Shown here: positions 57,675-64,000 of the stretch, piece by piece
Numbering within the stretch: the stretch's first letter is position 1
Layout of the letters: each line of letters starts with the position of its first letter
Source of the DNA: Desulfomonilia bacterium
GTDB lineage: Bacteria; Desulfobacterota; Desulfomonilia; UBA1062
Direction of reading: 5' to 3'
Length of the DNA: 64,000 bases
Assembly: GCA_050014195.1 (NCBI GenBank)
Contig: JBEKDT010000014.1
Coordinates: 1 to 64,000 of the forward strand
The notes under the pieces: generated by a model
What the model was told of the DNA's origin: nothing
The model's input: only the letters and a program-made list of their open reading frames with translations
Databases searched by the model: none
Translations under genes and position numbers: made by a program

Positions 57675-57840
57675 GTTGTTATTGCATCGACGCGGTTCTT
57701 TATCAGAAGGAATACGAAAGGGTAAGAGAGCCGAATACCTCTCCCGTATCCTGAGTGAGGATTTTATGCCATAATTGCAGTTGATTTCCTTGCCATGCTC
57801 ATTCATATAATCCCTGAAAAAAAGATTTTAGGTAAAAATC

Positions 57841-58215
57841 ATGCAGGACGACACAAGAGATAAAACTCATCCATGCCTTACCTGTGGGGCGTGCTGCGCC
57901 TACTTCAGGGCATCGTTCTACTGGGCCGAGGCCGATGATACAACCCCCGGCGGGGTGCCTGCGAACATGACCAGGAAGCTGGGCAAGTTCCGCAGGTCCA
58001 TGATCGGCATGGACGGTACCAAACCCAGGTGTATCGCCCTTGAAGGAGAGATCGGCAAGGCAGTGTTCTGTTCCATCTATGAAAGGCGGGCCTCGGTGTG
58101 CCGCGCATTCGATCCCTCATGGGAGAAGGGCGCGCCTAACGAGCGTTGCGACAGGGCCAGAGAAGCATGGGGACTCGGGCTGTTGAACCCCGATGTCTGG
58201 AATGAAAGCAAATAA
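57841..58215 (+). CDS. YkgJ-family cysteine-cluster protein
   Basis: CLTCGACC, RC.AL.G, CSIYERR..VCR.F. Confidence 0.9.
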   Translation: MQDDTRDKTHPCLTCGACCAYFRASFYWAEADDTTPGGVPANMTRKLGKFRRSMIGMDGTKPRCIALEGEIGKAVFCSIYERRASVCRAFDPSWEKGAPNERCDRAREAWGLGLLNPDVWNESK

Positions 58216-58389
58216 TTGGGATGTGAAAGGAAGTTATGGTGCGAAACCTCCATTTCATATAGTTATGTGGACATTCTTCTCGGTAATGGTTCGTTATGAT
58301 TTTAGGATGATATAATCCCTGTAGAGAGATTCCATGTAATAGCGCATAATCGACAATTTCCCATGCCAATCAAAGAGCAATAAATATCT

Positions 58390-58426
58390 AATAAACTACC
58401 CCGCTGCTTGCGGGGGGTAGTTTATT
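58390..58426. terminator. Palindrome at the 3' end of the convergent gene (bidirectional terminator or small repeat)
   Basis: aataaactacccc...ggggtagtttatt. Confidence 0.6.
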
Positions 58427-58799
58427 AAGCGATCTTTCTGCTCCGTTTCTTCAACCTGCTGATGCGCCGGCGGAGGATGGCGACCCTGGTTTTCTCCTTA
58501 TTTTCAAGCGCGGATGCCTTCGCCCCTTTGAGCTCCCTGATCTTGGCCTTTATATCCTGCCTGGTGAGGACAACCTTTACCTTAACCTTCTTTTTCTTTT
58601 CATGATGTACAGGCCCTTCGTCCTTGATTCCCCGTGCCTGTTTGATGAACGCCGTGAGCTGATCCTTGGTCATATCCCGCACAGCGACCTCGGTATGCTC
58701 ATGGGGGATCTCCAGTGCGACCTCCCTGAGTTCCTTGACGGTCATCTTATCAATGGGCTTTTCTTCCTTAGGGTGTTTCTTCTTGCTTTCTTCAGGCAT
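58425..58799 (-). CDS. Small basic protein with Rho N-terminal-like helical domain
   Basis: KMTVKELREVA...M.K..L...I pattern, basic coiled-coil tail; RBS gaggagg. Confidence 0.65.
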   Translation of the reverse strand: MPEESKKKHPKEEKPIDKMTVKELREVALEIPHEHTEVAVRDMTKDQLTAFIKQARGIKDEGPVHHEKKKKVKVKVVLTRQDIKAKIRELKGAKASALENKEKTRVAILRRRISRLKKRSRKIA

Positions 58800-59034
58800 G
58801 GATACGATCCTCCTCCCTCTGGTTATAATCCGCACATGAAGGCCGTAAATCGAGGAGACTCTTAAGGATGAGGTATCATGTTGGCGTCAGGTCTGCATCC
58901 CCTTAAGATTCCCCGCGACGCGGCCAATGATACATTGTAACGGACAAGGGATTTTCAAACAATAGAAAAATTGTAGAATGCCGGCAATCAGGATTGCGTG
59001 ACTAGTGAATAGTGAATACCTCTCGCCACTGCCT

Positions 59035-60375
59035 TCATCCCACAATAAGCAGCTGGATGTCGCAGACATTCGTTTTTGTCGGGCCTGTCTTGAAGAGGAG
59101 GCCCCGGGCCTCGAAAAAATGATAAGCGTCATTTTCGTCAAGATGATCCATGGCTTCAAGCTCATGCCCCCTCATGATCTCCATCAGATCCGGGGTCACA
59201 AAAGCGCCTGCAGCATCTGTGGGGCCATCGATCCCGTCTGTGCCGGCTGAGAGAAAGAAGATGTTCTTCGGGTCAGGACAGGATTTGTACAGATCTAAGG
59301 CAAAGGCGAGGGCTATCTCCTGGTTCCTGCCGCCCATCCCTCTTCCCCGAATGGTCACTGTGGTCTCCCCGCCGGTGATGAGCAATGCGGGTTTATTCAA
59401 GCCGGATTTACCAAAAGCTATGTCTCTGGCAACCAATGATAAACAGCCTCCCACCCGGCGTGCCTCGCCTGACACGGTCGTGGTGAGGATGTGGGCATCG
59501 TACCCCAGCCTTTTGCCGCATTCAAGTGAAGCCCTGCATGCAAGCGAGTTGTTCCCGATAATGATATTTTCTGTGTTTTGAAATGCCCTATCTCCTGTTT
59601 TGGGAGTCTCGTGGATTAGCCCATCAGCGCCTGCAATGAGCCGATCTTTTACTGCTTTGGGTATCTTGGATTCGATATGGTACTTCTTCAGAATAGAAAG
59701 GGCTTCGTCAAATGTCGTGGGGTCAGGGGCCGTGATGCCGGAGGCAATGGTATCGACCCTATCCCCTACAACATCCGAGAGGATGAGGTTGATGAGTCTG
59801 GCCGGGTAGGACAACTTTGCAAAGTTGCCGCCTTTTACTAAAGAGATGTGCTTCCTGATGCAGTTCATCTCATCGATGGTTGCACCTGATGCAAGCAGAA
59901 CCTTGGTCGTTTCAATCTTGTCCTTAAGGGTTAACCCGTCCGCAGGCAGGCTGAACAGCGATGATCCCCCGCCTGAGATGAGGTTGATAATGAGTGTTCC
60001 CTCATCGGCATCATTTACAAGCCGTGTAAGTATGTGGGCCCCCTCCATACTGTTTGTGTCCGGTATGGGGTGGCCGGCCTCCCTGATGCGGATCTTGTGA
60101 AGGCTCTCGCCATGCCCGTATTTTGTTATAACAAAACCCTGGCTCAGCGCTTCACCCAGGATGTCTTCCATGGCCGCCGCCATCCTGGCGGATGCCTTGC
60201 CTATGCCCAGGACCATCACGTGCCTGTAGTGTGAAAGGTCTTCCGAGATAACCTTTCCATCGGCATCAATGATCAGTGTGCTGCCTTCTTTTCTTACCCG
60301 TCGTTTCATGAGGCCCTCTGGATCTACCTCTTTGATTGCCGCCCAGTATATGGCCTCAAGATCTTTCACGCTCAC
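59035..60375 (-). CDS. Glycerate kinase type 2 (MOFRL/TtuD family)
   Basis: GIGKAS, AGHP.PD, LISGGGS, SDV.GD..D.IASG, GGETTV, GGRNQE, GTDG.DG, GPT.TNV.D; GTG start after gaggg. Confidence 0.92.
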   Translation of the reverse strand: MSVKDLEAIYWAAIKEVDPEGLMKRRVRKEGSTLIIDADGKVISEDLSHYRHVMVLGIGKASARMAAAMEDILGEALSQGFVITKYGHGESLHKIRIREAGHPIPDTNSMEGAHILTRLVNDADEGTLIINLISGGGSSLFSLPADGLTLKDKIETTKVLLASGATIDEMNCIRKHISLVKGGNFAKLSYPARLINLILSDVVGDRVDTIASGITAPDPTTFDEALSILKKYHIESKIPKAVKDRLIAGADGLIHETPKTGDRAFQNTENIIIGNNSLACRASLECGKRLGYDAHILTTTVSGEARRVGGCLSLVARDIAFGKSGLNKPALLITGGETTVTIRGRGMGGRNQEIALAFALDLYKSCPDPKNIFFLSAGTDGIDGPTDAAGAFVTPDLMEIMRGHELEAMDHLDENDAYHFFEARGLLFKTGPTKTNVCDIQLLIVG

Positions 60376-60542
60376 CTTTGCATTCCCTCGTGCTTTGATT
60401 AATCTTTTGCAATGTCTTTGGGTCCAAGTATCCTTCAATGACCGGATCATTGCAAGGGTGTGTGCATGTTTTATCTTTATGAACAAAAGGCCTGATGATA
60501 TGCAAAGGGGGAAAACCGCGCAAGGGAGGTAAGGACAGGATC

Positions 60543-61454
60543 ATGAATATGAGCATACCGCATTCAGAGCTTTGTTTTGCCCGCGCAAACGGCATCGAGA
60601 TCGCCTATGATACCTTCGGAGTAAAGGGTGATGACCCGCTCCTTCTCATCATGGGACTGAGCGCCCAGATGATCCTCTGGGAGGATAAATTCTGCGAAGG
60701 CCTCGCTGAAAGAGGTTTTTACGTAATCCGGTTTGACAACCGGGATGTGGGTATGTCAACGAAAATATCCTCAGCGGGCATGCCCCATATTCATGCACTC
60801 CTGTCGGGGAGACTCAAAGGTGTGGGTTCTGTACCTTATATACTCTTGGATATGGCAAAGGACACCATTGGTCTACTTGATGTCTTACAGATCGAGAATG
60901 CCCACATAGTCGGTGTGTCCATGGGTGGTATGATCGGCCAGGAAATTGCAATGCATTATCCGAAGCGAATCAAGACGTTTACATCCATCATGTCCACCAC
61001 AGGTAACCCTTTGCTTCCGCCGCCGATGCAGGAGGTGCTCGAGATGCTCTTCAGGCCTATACCCACGAGCCGGGAGGCCTTCGTTGAGTACTTTAAGGAT
61101 GTTTGGAGGATTCTCAGCGGGCCACGCTTCCCCATTGATGAGCCCAGGGCGGCCAGACTCGGCGAGGAGACCTATCGGAGAGGGATGGACCCGGCAGGAA
61201 ACGCACGGCAACTGGCAGCTATCCTTGCTTCGGGCAGCAGAAAAGACGGCCTTGCCTTTGTGAAGGCGCCCACGCTCGTTATTCACGGCACTGATGACCC
61301 ATTGGTGCCGGTGGAATGCGGAGTAGATACGGCCCGATCGATTCCCGGGGCACGACTTAAGATTATGGATGGCATGGGCCATTGGCTCCCGCCCCAATTA
61401 TGGCCGGAGATCATCAATACGATTGTCGGACATACCAGTGGACCCCGCTCATGA
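60543..61454 (+). CDS. Alpha/beta hydrolase
   Basis: LLLIMGL, FDNRDVG, GVSMGG, HG.DDPL, MGH. Confidence 0.9.
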   Translation: MNMSIPHSELCFARANGIEIAYDTFGVKGDDPLLLIMGLSAQMILWEDKFCEGLAERGFYVIRFDNRDVGMSTKISSAGMPHIHALLSGRLKGVGSVPYILLDMAKDTIGLLDVLQIENAHIVGVSMGGMIGQEIAMHYPKRIKTFTSIMSTTGNPLLPPPMQEVLEMLFRPIPTSREAFVEYFKDVWRILSGPRFPIDEPRAARLGEETYRRGMDPAGNARQLAAILASGSRKDGLAFVKAPTLVIHGTDDPLVPVECGVDTARSIPGARLKIMDGMGHWLPPQLWPEIINTIVGHTSGPRS

Positions 61455-61551
61455 TGGATATCTTTAGGCTGCTATCGTAAAGCATGCTTGAATGCCGTGA
61501 AAATGTGACCTATTGAACAGATAAGATGTTCACGTCAAAGAGGATTGCACT

Positions 61552-62058
61552 ATGGCAAGGATAAAGAGCACGCTGGACCTGGTCATGGAACGGACCAGGA
61601 ACATCACCATAACAGAGGAAGATAAAGAGGCCCTGCAAAAGAAAGAAATGTCCGACAAGGCCAGGGGCTGGGTAGGGATGCTTATGGACCGGAGAATTAC
61701 GATCCATGAGCTCAAGAGAGAATTCACATCGGAATCGTCCCGACACCGTGAGTTGAAGGATATCATGCGGACGGAACTGCTGGACCATATTGACCCTGAT
61801 GCGGAAAACAGCAGTATCCTGGAGGCACTTGCAGAAGTGCTTGAACTCGATGTGAAGCCGTTCGAAGATTCCATCAAAGACTACCGTGACCGTTATGAAT
61901 TGCACAGGCAAGAGCACCAGGAACGTGTCCTTTCCAAGCTTAAGGCCGACGGGATATCGGGGAGGGCGGTTGTTCCGAATGCAGATAAGAATGAGTCATG
62001 GATAGCTCACGCCAAGGGTCTCAAGGATCAGTTCAAGCAGAAGATCCAGGCGCTCTAG
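61552..62058 (+). CDS. Conserved hypothetical helical protein
   Basis: 168-aa ORF with RBS gagga; N-terminus MA.IKSTLDLVME.T recalled from deltaproteobacterial hypotheticals. Confidence 0.7.
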   Translation: MARIKSTLDLVMERTRNITITEEDKEALQKKEMSDKARGWVGMLMDRRITIHELKREFTSESSRHRELKDIMRTELLDHIDPDAENSSILEALAEVLELDVKPFEDSIKDYRDRYELHRQEHQERVLSKLKADGISGRAVVPNADKNESWIAHAKGLKDQFKQKIQAL

Positions 62059-62702
62059 AGGTATCTGAACCAGTAGTCCTTTATCTGCTTGAAGTTGTCT
62101 TTTACTGCCTTGACACCGCTGATGACACCGCCGTGGCCGGGGAATAGATATTGAGCCGGCAAAGGCTCCACCTTGAGGATGCTTTCCTTGAGCTGCTTTC
62201 CACTGCCTCCGGGCAGGTCGGTGCGGCCGATGCCCTGTTCGAACACCAGATCGCCGGTGAAGAGCGCCCCGTGTTTGGGCCAATACAAACATATGGACCC
62301 GGGTGTATGCCCCGGTGTATCAAAGACCTCAAACTGGAGGCTGCCTAGGGAAAGATCCCCCTGTGTTAAGAAAAAATCCGGCTCCGGTATCTTGTAATAA
62401 TCCCCTGCCAGCTCCTTGAGATACTCGAACTCCGACTTGCCCATGGTGAGCTGGGTGGGCTTCTTAAAGAGCAGGGCTGCCTCCATATGATCGGGATGCG
62501 CATGGGTGATGAGAATGAGGTCGATGGAGCCCGGATCGATCTTGAGGTTGGTGAGCCCCTGTTCCACATGACTGAACAGATGGCTGTGCCCCGGGTCGAT
62601 GAGAATGCGTTTCCCATCATCGATAAGATAGCTGTTGCAGTTGTTTTGCCGGTAATCCTCCCAGATGAATGCATATAAACCTTCGAATACCTTCTTGACC
62701 AT
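62055..62702 (-). CDS. Metallo-beta-lactamase fold hydrolase (glyoxalase II-like)
   Basis: THAHPDH, TPGHTPG, FTGD, GRTD.PGG, PGHG. Confidence 0.92.
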   Translation of the reverse strand: MVKKVFEGLYAFIWEDYRQNNCNSYLIDDGKRILIDPGHSHLFSHVEQGLTNLKIDPGSIDLILITHAHPDHMEAALLFKKPTQLTMGKSEFEYLKELAGDYYKIPEPDFFLTQGDLSLGSLQFEVFDTPGHTPGSICLYWPKHGALFTGDLVFEQGIGRTDLPGGSGKQLKESILKVEPLPAQYLFPGHGGVISGVKAVKDNFKQIKDYWFRYL

Positions 62703-62776
62703 ATTCTTAAGCCTCTCTTCGCAATTTTTAAAAGATAACGGGTTCTGCGTAGAAGAAACCCCTTCACTGGACTATC

Positions 62777-63370
62777 TCAAGCTGCAGGCCCTCCGGGCTC
62801 TCCCTTCAGCCCGATCGTCTCCGCCACCTCGCGCATGCCCATGATGGTGTCTTCAATGAGTTGATCCACGGTCACACCGAGCATCTCGGCCCCTTTGGTG
62901 ATTATGGAACGGTTCACCCCTGCGGCGAATGCGCTCGACTTCCACTTCTTTTTAACCGAGCTAACCGTAAGGTCAAGAACACTCTTGGAAGGCCTCACAA
63001 GGGTACTTGCAGCCACGAGCCCCGTGAGCTCATCGATGGCATAGAGTGTCTTCTCCAGATCGCTTAAAGGCTCCACATCCGAGCACATCCCCCACCCGTG
63101 AGATATTACTGCCCGGACATACTCTACAGGCCAGCCCTTTTCCTCGAGGATCATACGGGTTTTGGTGCAGTGCTGCTCAGGGAACTGCTCATAGTCGAGG
63201 TCATGGATCAGGCCGATGACACCCCATTTCTCCTCGTCTTGCCCTCTCTTTCGAGCGATGTGGCGCATCACTGCCTCTACGGCATAGGCGTGGGTGCGTA
63301 AATTGTCACTCCTGTTGTAGGAATGGAGCAGTGTAAGGGCCTCATTGCGAGTGGGAGCATACTCAGACAT
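62777..63370 (-). CDS. HD(IG)-domain hydrolase
   Basis: H...VE..M, G.IHDLDYE, DELTG.......VRP. Confidence 0.88.
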   Translation of the reverse strand: MSEYAPTRNEALTLLHSYNRSDNLRTHAYAVEAVMRHIARKRGQDEEKWGVIGLIHDLDYEQFPEQHCTKTRMILEEKGWPVEYVRAVISHGWGMCSDVEPLSDLEKTLYAIDELTGLVAASTLVRPSKSVLDLTVSSVKKKWKSSAFAAGVNRSIITKGAEMLGVTVDQLIEDTIMGMREVAETIGLKGEPGGPAA

Positions 63371-63790
63371 GAAAGGCCTCCTATCTTGAGTTTTCTAAAG
63401 AGTATTACTTTTTGAAGCAAAGAGGCAACCCAAACATTTCCGTTTCACGGAAGTATAGGTCAATGCCAGGGGTACAGGGAAAAAATTACAGGATAGAGGA
63501 GCAAGAGGATATGCCCCATATTACCGGGTGTTCCCACTTTTTGGGAAAAAAATGAAAATATTTACATACTAATGAATGAGACCGGAATGCTTGGTTGCAC
63601 AAATACATTTATAATTCCCTAACATTATTATTGGAATTAACAATACTGTACTTTGGCATATCTCTTGAATAGCTCTAGAGGGATATGCACTTGGATGCGG
63701 CATGAAAGAGGAAGGCATTCCTCGGGTGGTCAGAGCAATAGAGCTTATTAAGGTAAAGAACCCTTAGGATACTCATATCCTATTCCTCCT

Positions 63791-63822
63791 CAGGTCGCAT
63801 CCGGCTTGCCGGATGCGACCTG
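63791..63822. terminator. Perfect 14-bp hairpin
   Basis: caggtcgcatccgg-cttg-ccggatgcgacctg. Confidence 0.65.
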
Positions 63823-63859
63823 CTCCCTCAAAATGCCCATAGACATAAGGACGTGACTC

Positions 63860-64000
63860 TTATTCTATCACTTCAACCCTTAGCCCGAACTTGGACATGG
63901 CCTCACACTTGTCTTTGAGGATGAGGATGGGGTTTTCATATCGGAGCCCGATTTTCTCATCAGGGCATGAGTACTGCATCGCACAGATGAGCACCTCGTT
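63860..64000 (-). CDS. C-terminal fragment of a probable M24 (Xaa-Pro) peptidase-family protein, truncated by window edge
   Basis: NEVLICAMQYSCPDEKIGLRYENPILILKDKCEAMSKFGLRVEVIE*; the 'G.R.E..ili....ce.ls' tail. Confidence 0.55.
   Translation of the reverse strand, partial: NEVLICAMQYSCPDEKIGLRYENPILILKDKCEAMSKFGLRVEVIE

Noticed and set aside
58425-58799. Transcription termination factor Rho
   Set aside because: Only an N-terminal-like helical motif; no RNA-binding or ATPase domain.

Overview
Gene-dense bacterial chromosomal window. Gene content and small intergenic repeat families suggest an anaerobic deltaproteobacterium (Desulfobacterota-like); this is inference, not a database result. 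It holds about 50 CDS: acyl-CoA and aldehyde metabolism (acetoacetate-decarboxylase-family protein, acyl-CoA dehydrogenase, beta-alpha fused ADP-forming acyl-CoA synthetase, three ALDH domains including an ALDH-Fe-ADH fusion), asd, a TPP-riboswitch-controlled thiMECL operon, modABC-fmdE, a split UxaA pair, large signalling proteins (MalT-like/BTAD regulator, polytopic diguanylate cyclase, 7-PAS hybrid kinase) and a small accessory islet (wHTH plus nucleotidyltransferase pair, HEPN-motif gene). I saw no tRNA, rRNA, CRISPR array or intact transposase. The best candidate for an undescribed system is the three-gene operon at 20419-22903: a ParA/Soj ATPase fused to a glycogen-binding CBM48-type domain, a P-loop-dead MinD/FlhG-like protein carrying a ParB-type LGRGL peptide, and a catalytically dead NucS-like protein with a FliM-EIDAL-like tail. 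Together these suggest a glycogen/alpha-glucan granule positioning or carbon-storage-coupled localisation machine. All family calls come from motif recognition by eye.
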